From assembly GCA_002269645.1 (NCBI GenBank), contig NIVC01000489.1, forward strand, positions 1 to 56,022: a stretch of 56,022 nt of DNA. Direction: 5' to 3'. Of this stretch, positions 41,201-54,322 are shown in pieces (positions within the stretch are counted from its first letter, which is position 1; each line of letters begins with the position of its first letter). The position numbers were made by a program, and so were the translations under genes. A model generated the notes under the pieces. It was not told where the DNA came from, made no database searches, and was given only the letters and a program-made list of their open reading frames with translations. Source of the DNA: Macrostomum lignano (taxonomy: Eukaryota).

Positions 41201-43751
41201 TGACGGTGGAACTGGCTGACCTACAAAACCATGGCTACTATCTGACTAGGAGGTGCCTGTTAACCCTGACTGCCACCGGGGAGACTCGGGACCTGGTGCA
41301 GTTCCAGTACCTCACCTGGCCAGACTTTGGAGTGCCGCACACCCCCGGAGCCTTTCTCAACTTCCTGATGGCCGTGAGGCGGGCCGGGCTGCTGTCTGAC
41401 TGCCTGAACCGGCCGCCCATTGTACACTGCTCTGCTGGCATCGGGCGGACTGGCACCTTTGCTCTGGTTGACGTGTGCCTGGCTTTGCTCACCCAGCGCT
41501 GCCGGCAGCTGCTTGCTGCTAGCGAGACGGCGCAACTGGATGATCCATTGGCTGCTCAGCCTGTGGATCTGGGGCACGAGTTGCGGTTGCTGCGGCGTCA
41601 TCGGATGGGACTGGTGAGTTTGGGAGTGCCGCGTGTCCCTAGAACTGCTCCTGGACACACTGAGACACTGAGGCAGACATTGAGAGACACAGGCAGGCAC
41701 TGAGACAGACACTGAGAGACACTGAGGCAGGCACTGAGACAGACACTGAGACAGTCACTGAGAAAGACACTGAGGCAGGCACTGAGACAGACACTGAGAC
41801 AGTCACTGAGGCAGACACAGACAGTCACTTAGACAGACACTGAGACAGTCACTGAGACGGACACTGAGACAGACACTGAGACAGACACTGAGACAGACAC
41901 TGAGACAGACACTGAGACAGACACTGAGACAGACACTGAGACAGACACTGAGACAGGCATTGAGACAGGCATTGAGACAGACACTGAGACAATCACTTAG
42001 ACAGTCACTGAGACAGTCACTGAGACAGACACTGAGACAGTCACTGAGACAGACACTGAGACAGTCACTGAGACAGACACTGAGACAATCACTGAGACAG
42101 TCACTGAGACAGTCACTGAGACAGACACTGAGACAGACACTGAGACAGACACTGAGACAGACACTGAGACAGACACTGAGACAGACACTGAGACAGACAC
42201 TGAGACAGGCATTGAGACAGGCATTGAGACAGACACTGAGACAATCACTTAGACAGTCACTGAGACAGTCACTGAGACAGACACTGAGACAGTCACTGAG
42301 ACAGACACTGAGACAGTCACTGAGACAGACACTGAGACAGACACTGAGACAGTCACTGAGACAGCCACTGAGACAGACACTGAGACAGTCACTGAGACAG
42401 ACACTGAGACAGACACTGAGACAGACACTGAGACAGACACTGAGACAGTCACTGAGACAGACACTGAGACAGTCACTGAGACAGACACTGAGACAGTCAC
42501 TGAGACAGACACAGACAGACACTAAGACAGTCACTGAGACAGACACTGAGACAGACACTGAGACAGACACTGAGACAGCCACTGAGACAGACACTGAGAC
42601 AGACACTGAGACAGACACTGAGACAGTCACTGAGACAGACACTGAGACAGTCACTGAGACAGACACTGAGACAGACACTGAGACAGACACTGAGACAGAC
42701 ACTGAGACAGACACTGAGACAGTCACTGAGACAGCCACTGAGACAGACACTGAGACAGTCACTGAGACAGACACTGAGACAGACACTGAGACAGACACTG
42801 AGACAGACACTGAGACAGACACTGAGACAGACACTGAGACAGACACTGAGACAGTCACTGAGACAGCCACTGAGACAGACACTGAGACAGTCACTGAGAC
42901 AGACACTGAGACAGACACTGAGACAGTCACTGAGACAGACACTGAGACAGACACTGAGACAGACACTGAGACAGACACTGAGACAGACACTGAGACAGTC
43001 ACTGAGACAGCCACTGAGACAGACACTGAGACAGTCACTGAGACAGACACTGAGACAGACACTGAGACAGACACTGAGACAGACACTGAGACAGTCACTG
43101 AGACAGCCACTGAGACAGACACTGAGACAGTCACTGAGACAGACACTGAGACAGACACTGAGACAGACACTGAGGCACAACAAGCCAGACGGACAGTCTG
43201 CCCCAGAGCCACCCGCACCCCAACCGCAGGTGCAAACTGCAGACCAGCTGCGGTTCTGCTACGAAGCCGTGGCAGTGGCGGGCCGCCGCATCCTGTCCCA
43301 GCCAGTCGCCTCCGCCACCCTAGCGCACGCGGATTCCGGTTCGCTAGAGTTCCGAGTCGATGCAGCCGACGTGGCGACTGGTGCCAACAGCGACGATGCC
43401 GTCCGGCTGCTGTCGTCTTGGAGTTCGTCTTCCGATGATTTGCGACCAGCGCAGGCGGCTGCTGCTGCCGCCGCTGCAGCTGCTGCTGGCCGCACTGAGC
43501 AGGACATCCTTGACAGCTTGTCGTCCACCGAGTCGGAGTCAGACCGGGTCATCACCGACGATGAGCTGGCCAAGATGCTGGCTGATGAAGAAGCTGAAGA
43601 GAAAGCGGAGCCTGGTAAAACTGAAGCTGGCAGTGCCGGGCAAAAGTTGGCAGCTGATGATGGAGCTGGCGGTGCCGGTCGGACTGCCTTCGCAGTGGCT
43701 GTCGGCGTGGCAGCTGTAGCTGGCCTGACATTCTGGCTGCTGAGATGGTGA
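38296..43751 (+). CDS. PTPN1: Non-receptor protein tyrosine phosphatase, PTP1B/TC-PTP-like, with long acidic N-terminal extension and C-terminal tail anchor; 5' end uncertain
   Basis: Exons 38296-38459, 38549-39698, 40224-40466, 41038-41613, 43230-43751 splice in frame. Motifs: [23 protein letters not shown]|GPLP...[35 protein letters not shown]|[11 protein letters not shown]; hydrophobic tail [21 protein letters not shown]. Confidence 0.9.
38549..39698 (+). CDS. PTPN1: PTP1B-like large acidic exon with 10-aa (30-bp) EEDVKETVA[AV] repeats
   Basis: tttgcag acceptor, open frame, ends DARDAWN|GTAAGA in phase 0 and joins EIYRR, matching the PTP1B W..IY N-terminal helix. Confidence 0.75.
40224..40466 (+). 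CDS. PTPN1: PTP1B-like catalytic exon (RNRY motif)
   Basis: [10 protein letters not shown]...[17 protein letters not shown]...DYINAN...YVMTQ; GC donor CAG|GCAAGG. Confidence 0.88.
40535..40990. repeat. CT-rich low-complexity tracts in a PTP intron
   Basis: Direct reading. Confidence 0.85.
41038..41613 (+). CDS. PTPN1: PTP1B-like catalytic exon (WPD loop, P-loop)
   Basis: [13 protein letters not shown]...WPDFGVP...[10 protein letters not shown]...RMGL; CTG|GTGAGT donor. Confidence 0.92.
41660..43172. repeat. 12-bp minisatellite GAGACAG(A/T)CACT in a PTP intron
   Basis: Direct reading; source of the TETDTE / VSVSV / RQTL ORFs. Confidence 0.97.
43230..43751 (+). CDS. PTPN1: PTP1B-like last exon (Q loop, tail anchor)
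   Basis: cgcag|[14 protein letters not shown]... ending in a hydrophobic segment and stop. Confidence 0.9.
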   Translation: MQTADQLRFCYEAVAVAGRRILSQPVASATLAHADSGSLEFRVDAADVATGANSDDAVRLLSSWSSSSDDLRPAQAAAAAAAAAAAGRTEQDILDSLSSTESESDRVITDDELAKMLADEEAEEKAEPGKTEAGSAGQKLAADDGAGGAGRTAFAVAVGVAAVAGLTFWLLRW

Positions 43752-43841
43752 TGAGGGAGCCGCCTCCTCCGCGCCTTGGTGCTTATTGTTATGCATGCTT
43801 GTACTTACAGTAGTTATTCGAGTGAGTTGTTCGCACCCGTT

Positions 43842-43930
43842 AGGGCCGACCCTCGTACAGAGAGTGTACATGTCTGACGATAAGAAAGTCAGAAGGCCGC
43901 TGCACAGCCTGTGGGAGCGTGTGTATGAGA
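43842..43930 (-). mobile_element. Short dispersed repeat, copy E, in the PTP 3' UTR region
   Basis: CTGAC-gataagaaa-GTCAG at 43874-43892 plus cctgtgggagcgtgtgtatga. Confidence 0.65.
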
Positions 43931-44466
43931 GCGTGTCTGAGTAAAAAATATTTTCATGCTTTGTAACAATCAGTTTTTATTAGCTAGTTCTGTTTGTGTA
44001 ATTGTACATGTTTTTGTAACAATAGGCCATTACATTAATCATTTTATTGCGCATCTCAACTGGCACTCTCGTAAATGTCATTTTTCCCTAAATAATTCTT
44101 TTTTTGCACTATCATTCGTTGGTTAAATTTTTTCACTTTTTCACAATTTTACTTATATAAATTTTATGTTCGTTGCTTTTAATCTTTGTTTATCTAGGGC
44201 TTATTGATAAATTTCGAATTAACAAATTTTCGAGTTTTACAATTTGTGTTCAAACTTTTCAGTAGTTTGTGTTGATACTACTGAGCTTTTCGCTGATTTT
44301 AGTAGTAGCTCGTACATGTAGTTCGTCTGTCTTTGAACAGGAATTTTATATTTTGTTCGTTTTTTGATTCGTTTTCAACTATCTGTAGGAATGTGTTAAA
44401 TTGTTTAATTTGTTTGCAAAATGACGCTCTCGAAAAATTTTTTTTTCAGTTTTGTGTTTTAAAATA

Positions 44467-44942
44467 ATTTAAATTCGTGCCAAAACCCGGAATATCCTAA
44501 CTCCAAGTAAGATCGTGAATTCATTTACTTCTTAAAGAATACCGATAGTTTGATTTGGCGCGAATTTAAATCGTTAATTGTTGGTCTAAGATCCGGGCAC
44601 TCCGTATTAGATTAGAGCAAAGGGACTGTTTGCACCCTGGCGCACTTTAGGCGACATTGTCGCACTTTGCTGCTCATTCCGCCGACTCCCCTGAGCAGGC
44701 ATACAAGCCCGCGGATTCGTGTGCAGTCATACGCACAGGCAAGCCCAGATTCCAGTTTAGCCCCGAATTAATGTGGCTGCACTTGGAATCGAGCCTAGGC
44801 CGCTGCTGGCCGTTTAATTTTCTATTTCAGACAATTTTTTAATTGAAATTCGTGCCAAAATCCGGAATTTTTCCAGCTACAAATAGTTAATCATTCATTA
44901 GTAAAATTCTTAGAAAACATTTGCTTTGGCGCGAATTTAAAT
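44467..44942. other. Two related ~100-bp imperfect inverted-repeat units (44467-44571, 44842-44942)
   Basis: Each bounded by ATT(T/G)AAATTCGTGCCAAA and TTTGGCGCGAATTTAAAT. Confidence 0.75.
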
Positions 44943-46664
44943 CATTATTTTGTTTCTCTAACACCAGGGCTCTGTGTCCTTTGATTTTATAGCCGCGTAA
45001 CGTGTTCTGTATTTTTTGTAAATGTCAATCGTCTAGTTCCTTTTGTACTTTTTTACCTTCTCCAGCCCTTGCATGTCTGCTAGCACTTTCCTGTTTTCAT
45101 TCCTTTTCGAAATCGATTGTTTATCTGGCTATTTGAAAATTGTTTTTTTAAATACTTTCTTACCCTAATTTTGTTTTTTTACTCTGCTGGCATACTCTGT
45201 CCATACTGTTCACCTTTGCCAAGCTGTGCTGTTTAAAAAAACTCGAAGTGCCTAAATTTGCGGAATAAATTATAAATGTCAGTTGACAGGCGTAGAATAG
45301 TGACATTTGTACTTTTATTTGTTGATATTCGTATCAAATGTTTTCACAGTTAGTTATTGTATAGCATTCGACATTGTGCTCTGTCTGCGCAAAGCAGATC
45401 AACATATTTTAACCGGTCATGTCTTCGCAATTTCGCATGCGGTGGACATGATCTTCATTATGGTTAGAATTTTTTTAGTCTACATTGCTGGCCCTATAGG
45501 ACGATATTGTATACAATAAAATATTTTTACCGATTAAATAAATACTTTTTTACGATGCTGAGTAGCAAGTGAAAATCAGTATCTTTTGTTATCGTTTTTA
45601 TTGATAGAATTGCACTAATCGCGCACAATACATATATATCTTTATTTGACTTGGTGTTTTTACACAGTTTTCCTAAAGTTGAAACTGATAACCATCATAA
45701 CCAAGCATACAAGCATAAACAAGCATAACCATCGAATGTGCTAAAAAGTTCTACAAAAAATTCTACATGTATGCATTAGAAAGTGTACATGTACGAGGAC
45801 ATGTATTCAGACAGGTTCACGACCATAGAATTTATGATGGAGGAACGAACCATGATTCAAGAAAAATTAAGCTCAGGTATAGCAAGACCAAATATATTAG
45901 GCGCCGTACACTCATTTTGGCGCCTCAAAGTAAAGTTCTTGACTAATTCAAGTCAGCCAAAAAAGCTTCATTTTTGTCATTCAAAGCTCTCGAAAACAAA
46001 TTGCAAGCCCGTCACAAGGTATAAAACAAAGCGTTTAATTTTTTAATATTTATTACTTTTAAAAAGAAAAAGACAGTTCTATACGGTCTGTGTATTGCTT
46101 ACTTGTGATTGTGGTGAATAGGTATAACAAAATTTCTAACTCTATTTTCTATGTGTAAATTTAGCGAGTAAAAAAAGCATCCTATAGCTTTTATTATGCA
46201 AAAAGTTTTCTCAATATTAATTGTATATTACAGTTACTAGTTAAAAATACGTAGCAAAAATATTATTTCGTAGAAACCACCTGCAAATGACATTTTGATC
46301 ACAAGTTTTCCTGTTTCTGGCGGGTTAACGACGAACGTGAACCACAGATACTATAATAATACCTGAAAATTTGTATATTTTTTTCAGGTAAACTGTGAAA
46401 GAAAGTAGCTTGAGGTTCATAACTTTTATAAATCCTTTGATTGTTGACCTTGATAAATTAACTATGATCATTATGATGGATAGAAATCATGGCACATAGC
46501 CCTATCATAAGCTAAAAATAGTATAGACCTGGACAACTTTTTTGGTATTGCCCTTGTGAGACTGAGACATTTTATTAATAGGTTACCAACAAAACAAACA
46601 ACATACTACAACTAGGAAAGAGTTTTGCATTTCTCATTTAATAGCTGCTGGATTAACAAACCTT

Positions 46665-46718
46665 ATGAAAATGTCTGAGAAAAGTCGAATTGAAAAAATT
46701 GCATCTGCAAAAAAGAGA
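46665..46718 (+). CDS. GOLGA2: Probable first coding exon of a GM130/golgin A2-like gene
   Basis: MKMSEKSRIEKIASAKKR|GTAAGT resembles GM130 MSEETRQSKLAAAKKK; strong donor in phase 0. Confidence 0.6.
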
Positions 46719-49700
46719 GTAAGTATATAGCTTTTTCTCATGAATAAATGACTAATGAATTTCATTATTTATATATTAAATTGATAATGTTTATTTTCAA
46801 ATTGCTAGTAGGCCTATTCTTTATATGAAATGGTCATTCATTATTAATATTAAATCTATATAGTTACATGTGTCCTTTGTGGCTAAAATTTATGCTTTTG
46901 GTTTTAAGCACTTTAGACTTAGTAGCACAATTTGTTTTTTAATAGTGACCACACTAAATATGATGTCCTTTTGCCTAGAAAATTCTAGCATACAAATAAC
47001 AAAAGCTATTTCAGTTCAATATATCAATACATAGCAAGCAGTGCAGTTTGCAATGCAGTAGTACAATATAAAGTAGGCTATGTGATGTTTATAATATAGA
47101 GCGCACTTATCAAATAACAAAATGTATATTGAAATTAAAAATCTTTTATCAAACTAATTTCAAAGATAAAATTTAAGTAGGGGCCCTATTTTAAAACTTT
47201 TACTATTTGAATACAACAATTTTTTAATTTTAAATCATTTATTGTCTATGTTATTTTAATTCTTTAGATACTTTAATAAGGAAAATAGTAAAAAAGTGAT
47301 ATTACAAAAAGTACATTTGCTTTGGTGCATATTAAAATTGACTGAAACTTGGCACAAGGTAAATCTCTTTAATAATGTATGGAACACATCTTTTTTATCT
47401 AAAAAATGTTCTAGCACACATTTGACATGATGTTGACTATGGTCATAGAATAGTGATAGTGAGATGTAGGTGGAATAAGTTTTCTTGGAAGTTGGCAGGT
47501 TTGTTGATACCAATGAGGTTGGGCAGATTCTGCATTTGAATTCTTACTGGCATTGTTTTTGCATAAATACATCCGGAAATCGTGCAGACAAATCAAAATG
47601 GAATTCTTTCTCTTGTTTTACTCCAACTGCCAGGGTCCTCAAGTTCTAGGGGGAGGGTAGTTGTAATTGTAGCTGAGTGGTTGTGTAGCGGCAGGGTTGT
47701 TCAAATGGTAGACACTATAGATTCTGACACTAAATTAATGTGTTGATCAGTTGAGCTAATTACTTTTAAAAGGGTTAAGCTGCCACCACCATAATTTACA
47801 TATTATAGAACAATTAAGTATCAGAGCTTTCTTTGAGTTAAGAACTTTGATTTTTTTATGCCCTATAGGCAAATGACTCAATATAGGCTATGGCTTATGG
47901 ATCAACAAATAAATATGGTGGAAATTAGTGATTTATTCAATATCATTTATTAAATACTATTAATTAGGAAGCAGGCAGTAAATTGGTATTGATATTTAGT
48001 GCTGCTCGAGTGAATTGGGGTGCCAGGGCACTATTAACAATTGAATAAACTAGATGAAGCTGGATAAAGCTGAGAAAGAAGGAAAAAAACAAAAGAAAAA
48101 AATGTTTATGCAGAAAATAAAGGAACATGGCATATATAATGAAGATAATAATGGGTCATCCTTTGGTTCAAGTGTTGGGCATGGCAGTGGATACAAATTT
48201 TCATGGGTTAGACACAGCGCTAGATGGCCTCAAATGCATGCAAAAATAGAAAAATAACAAATTTTGTCCAGCAACTGACAGGCGTAGATTCACGGAGTGG
48301 AAACAAAAATTTCACTGCAGGGATAGTCATTGGTGGAATAGGGAAATTATGACACCTTCCAACAGCGGAAAAAAATTAATGTGCAAATTTGAATCGGATA
48401 GTTATAAATGAATAATAATAGATGGCATAAACAGAGGTGGCATCTGACTGCCACATGTACAAGGCAGCCCTGGATGACAGAAAAGTTTAGCAGCAACTGC
48501 TGCTGCTGTTTTGTCTATAGCCAGCTGATCTTCAACCTCCGCGGTTGGCCGGGCAAGTTCCTTGCTCTGCGCCATCGGCCAAGGCGGGCTGGGGCTGCCA
48601 GGGCTACATAGTGGCCAATGCCAAAGCTGGCTGCCAGAGGCTGGTCTTGGATTTGCTCTAGATGCTCTAGAAACTTCTCGACAGCTGCATCCCAAAATTC
48701 CCTTAGTTGTGGGAACTAGCCGTCTTGCAGATGACTGGCCTCTAGATAGGCTAGTGCAAGGAACAGTGCTAAGGCTTGTTGGGACTGTCCCTTTTGTTGG
48801 AGGTGTTCCTCAGCTCAGCTCAGCTGCTCATCTAATAAGTCGCGGGTGGAGGCCAGTGGCATCAGGCCATAGAGTTGCCACCATGGTGTATCAATTTGTA
48901 TGCCCTTTTCCATGGCTTGTGTGTAGGCCTGGAATTAGGGTGTATTAAAAGAGAGTAATAAACAGATTATATTACTCCCTATTATATATATTAGGGAGTA
49001 ATAAAACAGATAAATAACCACAGAAAGGGTTCAAGTTAGAATGAATTGGGAGTGCCTTTAATGGCTCACATCAAGTAGGGGTGGTTAGAAAAAGCTGAAT
49101 AGCACATAAACAGTTGTCAAAATAAGAAAAGCAAGGAAGCAATTGTGGGCTCCTTACTAATGATAATATGTGAATAAAATTAGGTTAGCTAACAATATAG
49201 CATGTTGGGGGCTCCATAAGGAGTTACAATGAAACAGGGGCAACAACTGGTGCTAGGACAGAGGAGCCAAGTTGGCGGCCCTCACAGAGTTTCCAGGCTT
49301 GAGCAAAATCAAACAAAGAGCAGGGGGTTGAGTCACCTCAAATGCCCTCCACTGGGGACAAAGCCTGAAACTGGGGCAGCTTGACTAAGCAGGGCAGAAG
49401 ACAATTTGGCCCTTAGACAGTGGGCTTGCAAACTGGAAAGAAATACTTGTACCTTCAGTTTTAATCAAACTGCAAAGTTTACAAAATTCACTGCTTTTCT
49501 CCCAAAAGCATAAGGCAAGAAAAAAGGGGGGTACTTTTGCACTTTAATTGTGTGCAAAGAAGCTTACAAGAAAACGGGGATTCACAAAATCAGATGAATG
49601 CAATTATGCAATGATTATATTGTATTGCATTGATTAAATATTGATGCATTGTTTAAATATAATTGCATAGTGCTAGCTTTTGCCAGAAAGCATAGGGATA

Positions 49701-50299
49701 AATGTTGAGCACAAGGGTGCGGATTAACAAATTGCGTTGGATAATAGCAAAATCACACTATATATGAGCACTGAAAACTGTTCAAAATATACATTGCTTT
49801 TAGCCGGAAAACAAGGAAAACAGCCAAACTAACTGCTTTTATCCCTGAAGCATAAGGTAATTACAATTAAGTGGGCCGTATTAAGTGGGCATAAGGACTT
49901 ATAAGCATAAGTCCTTATGCTCTCAAGCATAAGGAAGTACAATTAAACTGAACAGAAAATGAAAATGCTGCTTTCAGCACAGAATAAGTGCAAAGAAAGC
50001 TTACAGCAAATAAAAATCAAAACGTGTTCGCCAACTTGACAACTACTAATAATGCGCATCGTAAATTAGCTATTAGGCACAATAACAAATTTGCTAGTAA
50101 ATGCCAATATTGGGCAGATCCGAGTCGCCTTTGGGCAGCACTTCCGGATGATGGAGGCTCGACTCAAACAGCTAGCTGCCTCGCAAGTCAGGCTTAGCTG
50201 TGGCTGGCTGTTCTAGAGCAGACTGATCGGCGGGGTCGGCTTTGCTTTTATCACTGGACTTGTAGGGCAGCATAGGCCACTCAGTTTGGTGCGGTGGCT

Positions 50300-52150
50300 C
50301 TTGCAGTCAGTCTGCCATCATCTGTGGCACCTTGATAATGTTGTTACAATGCACTAACATCTCAGCTGGGTGTCCTTTCCGGGCTGTTGCCAGTTTGATC
50401 CAGTAGGCTACTTTGCCAACTTTCCTCACGACCTTGTACATACTTTCGTACAGTTGGTGGAATTTGGGCAGCTCTCCCAATTCAAGCTTCGGGTTAGCTA
50501 GGCAGACAAGGTCTCTAGGCTGCAGTTCCATGGGCTTGGGTCGGTTCTTGTAATACTCTTTGCAGCACTGGATCTTGGCTCACAATCTTTGTCGCACAAT
50601 CCTTTCAATCTCGGCCAGTCTGCGCTGATGCTTTGCAATGTACTCGGGTAGGTCAGGCGATACGTCCAGGCAATCTAGGGTAATATCGATCGGATATCAA
50701 TAGGGCACTCCATAGACCACGTAGTGTGGCGAGAAATCCGTCGTACAGTTGACAGCTGATCTTAAGGCTGTCAGAGCGGCTGGCAGCATCTTGTCCCATT
50801 GCTGATGATCTTCTAGGAGACAAGTGAGCACCTTCTTGATGTTCTTATTGCACGATTCAGCTTGCCCATTGGCCCAAGGCGAGTATGGCGGCATCGTGGT
50901 TTATCGAATGCCATAGACTTCGCAGAAATGTCAAAACTCATGCCCTGTAAACTGCTTGCCTTGGTCCGAATGGATCCATGTGGGGATTCCGGTGATCGGG
51001 AAGACTTGCTCTTGCAGGAGAGTTCTTATCATCTTGGCGCGCTGATTCTTCATGGCAAAGGCAAAGGGATATTTCAATGTAGTATCGATGTAGGTCAGGA
51101 TGTACTTGTTGCTGCAGTCTGTCGGGTCTCCAGTGGGGCCCAGGATGTCGATAGCGCTTCGCCCATAGATTTCGCAGACCGGAAACGATTGTACATGCGC
51201 TGGGATTCGTCACTGTCCTTTGCTCTAGGTGCAGGTCTGGCAGGAAGCGACATAGTCTGACACTGCTTTTGCCAAGGCAGGTCGCCAGAACCTTCCGTGC
51301 ACCTTCGCAATGGTGAGGTCTCGGCCCATGTGTCTGCAGTAGGACAAACCATGCAGGTCGCCAAACACCGTGGCGTTGAGACTCTTCGGCAGGACGATCC
51401 TCGCTTTCTCCTCCTCGCCAACATCGTCGAGATGGATAGACTAATAGTCTAGTGCAATCTGTTGCTGCTGCTACTATTGTTGTTAAGTGTAGTGAGCCTC
51501 TCCTAAAGGGGACACTAGCCAATGGCCCCTAGGAGAAGTGCCACCATATTGGCACAAGTGAGATGACACAATCCAGTGATGCCATGAGTAGTGTTGGGTG
51601 TCCAAGGCTGGGCAGTTGAAAAGGTGGAATTGGTTGACTTCTTCAACACAGAGATGGCAGTTGCCATTCTCCTTGATGCCGATATGGTTGTAATAGTGTT
51701 GCTGTTGCTGCTATTTTTGCTGCTGGGCATGGTATATTTCATGACTAATCTAACTCCACTTTTTAATGTTCTTGACATTGGCATTGTTGCTGAGTGAGTC
51801 TTGTGTTGCAACGATAGTCTAGCCTATAGCCCAAAAGGTGGCCTTCATGTTAGAAAATTCCAGCATATTTTTTCTCTTACTCTATAGTCAAGAAAATGGC
51901 CTTTGCCATGAAAAAGTCTAGTGCACAACAAAGGGTCCAAGATGCACTTGACACTCAATTGCAATGCACTCAGGGGATCCACAATGCTCTTGGTACATAA
52001 TCACATTGCGCGCAAGGGGTCCCTAATGCACTAGCACATAATCCTAATTCCTAGCAAAGATTTAGATCTCTAATGCATGTAGTATAATTTTTTGGCAAAG
52101 TTTTTGTAAAACATGTCATTATTAGTTAATCTAAATTGCACTATGGCTCT
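50300..52150 (-). mobile_element. Decayed Ty3/Gypsy pol remnant (degenerate RT traces plus integrase)
   Basis: Integrase HHCC (H..H.GRD..IAKV..RFW......YVASCQTC), core (AIDILGP, IHSDQGKQF, PYSPWANGQAE) and GPY/F-like tail (YKVVRKVGKVAY...VH) at 50310-51410; weak RT traces at about 51830-52100; many stops; LTRs not identified. Confidence 0.8.
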
Positions 52151-52939
52151 CCTAGTCAATATCTTACTTAGTTAGCAGCAGGAGCAAAATGACTTCGCAA
52201 ACATGGGCAATGTCAACTCATGGCTATCTTAATACACTGATAGCATTAGTGGCTGACCACAAAAAACAAAGCACAAAGTTGGATTCTGTGCTTCAATTTG
52301 GTTTAGTTGCCGATTTAATCCAACTGGTAAGGAAATTCCTTTCAGATTGATTTCAGACAACCAGTGTTAGTAAGTTGAAAGCCTGTTAAGATTATTTCAC
52401 AAATTGGTATTACCATCGTGCAGTACAGCAAGACATGCGTACATGAAGCAATCTGATCATGTGCTGGGAGGATTGATGATTGCTTTTTTCACCTTTAAAG
52501 CTGCTGGCAACTCAAATTGGTCAGCTTGACCAAAGTAGAATCTTAGCCACTTCTGTTCATATTCATTTTCTCTATGATGCCATCACAACCAGCAATTTGG
52601 CTACTCCACCAATCATCAATGCAGGAGGTGTCATTAATAATTTGCAAACTGGTACTAATCCATCTCTATTGATTAACAACTTTTGAACAAACACTGAAGT
52701 TATTTCTATTTCTAATAATTTGAAAACTTGCAAACTGGCAAATCATGATGTTTAGATAGTGCAGAATACCAAAATTTTACCAAATTCTTTTCTCCTTCCT
52801 CCCCTCCCCTTCCTCCCCTCATCTTCCCCTCTGCTCTTCATAGAAACTCAGATTTTATTGCTGCATCTGTCAGATCTAAGGATCTTGTAGTTGCAGAGAT
52901 GTGAGACATTGATTAAATCTTAATCTTTGGCGGTAATAG

Positions 52940-53225
52940 AATCTGACAAATCATCAGCAGATTCTGACAAATCGTCAGCAGATTCTGACAAATCGTCAGC
53001 AGAATCTGACAAATCGTCAGCAGAATCTGACAAATCGTCAGCAGATTCTGAGAAATTGTCAGCAGATTCTGAAAAATCGTCAGCAGATTCTGAGAAATTG
53101 TCAGCAGATTCTAACAAATCGTCAGCAGATTCTGACAAATCGTCAGCAGATTCTGAGAAATCGTCAGCAGATTCTGAGAAATCGTCAGCAGATTCTGACA
53201 AATCGTCAGCAGATTCTGAAAAATT
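52940..53225. repeat. 21-bp minisatellite GATTCTGACAAATCGTCAGCA
   Basis: About 13 copies; codon-multiple unit (SESADD[LF] on the minus strand). Confidence 0.93.
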
Positions 53226-53419
53226 CTTAGTTGAATCCAACAAATTTCCCCCAGATTCAAATTCTGACAAATTATGAGCCAACTGCAATACATCTTTGAA
53301 AGAAGAATCTGTCAGGTTAACCCAGTCCATATCACCGACCCCTGTTATTCAATTACTATTAATGACGATTATTAAGCTGTAAGATGTAGAGTCAAAGTGC
53401 GATAAAAGTTAGATTCATT

Positions 53420-54322
53420 TGTTGGTGTCAGGCAGTGGCTGCACATTTGTGTCAGGCAGTGGCTGCTCATTGGTGTCAGGCAGTGGCTGCTCATTTGTGT
53501 CAGGCAGTGGCTGCTCATTTGTGTCAGACAGTGGCTGCTCTTGGTGTCAGGCAGTGGCTGCTCATTGGTGTCAGGCAGTGGCTGCTCATTGGTGTCAGGC
53601 AGTGGCTGCTCATTGGTGTCAGGCAGTGGCTGCTCATTGGTGTCAGGCAGTGGCTGCACATTTGTGTCAGGCAGCAGCTGCTCATTGGTGTCAGGCAGTG
53701 GCTGCTCGTTGGTGTCAGGCAGCAGCTGCTCGTTGGTGTCAGGCAGTGGCTGCTCATTGGTGTCAGGCAGTGGCTGCTCGTTGGTGTCAGGCAGCAGCTG
53801 CTCGTTGGTGTCAGGCAGTGGCTGCTCATTGGTGTCAGGCAGTGGCTGCTCGTTGGTGTCAGGCAGTGGCTGCTCATTGGTGTCAGGCAGTGGCTGCTCG
53901 TTGGTGTCAGGCAGCAGCTGCTCGTTGGTGTCAGGCAGTGGCTGCTCATTGGTGTCAGGCAGTGGCTGCTCATTGGTGTCAGGCAGTGGCTGCTCATTGG
54001 TGTCAGGCAGTGGCTGCTCATTGGTGTCAGGCAGTGGCTGCACATTTGTGTCAGGTAGCAGCTGCTCATTGGTGTCAGGCAGTGGCTGCTCGTTGGTGTC
54101 AGGCAGCAGCTGCTCGTTGGTGTCAGGCAGTGGCTGCTCATTGGTGTCAGGCAGTGGCTGCTCGTTGGTGTCAGGCAGCAGCTGCTCGTTGGTGTCAGGC
54201 AGTGGCTGCTCATTGGTGTCAGGCAGTGGCTGCTCGTTGGTGTCAGGCAGTGGCTGCTCATTGGTGTCAGGCAGTGGCTGCTCGTTGGTGTCAGGCAGCA
54301 GCTGCTCGTTGGTGTCAGGCAG
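53420..54322. repeat. 24-bp minisatellite TTGGTGTCAGGCAGTGGCTGCTC(A/G)
   Basis: About 37 copies; codon-multiple unit (PDTNEQPL on the minus strand). Confidence 0.96.

Noticed and set aside
43871-43892. CTGACGA-taa-GAAA (also at 29463) as a minimal hammerhead ribozyme
   Set aside because: No stem II or stem III with an NUH site can be formed; CTGAC simply pairs with GTCAG.
44600-44820. GC-richer stretch between the twin hairpins as a known snRNA/SRP/RNase P RNA
   Set aside because: No diagnostic motif of those RNAs was recognised, and no supported ORF.
45380-45460. Two small hairpins as an H/ACA snoRNA
   Set aside because: An ANANNA is present, but there is no correctly placed terminal ACA box and the stems are short.
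48054-48257. Lys-rich ORF as GM130 exon 2
   Set aside because: It lacks the L..F/Y continuation and ends quickly in an AT-rich, TE-like region; 55732 fits better.
47600-50300. LTRs for the Gypsy remnant
   Set aside because: I could not find a matching pair of long direct repeats or a PBS/PPT by eye.
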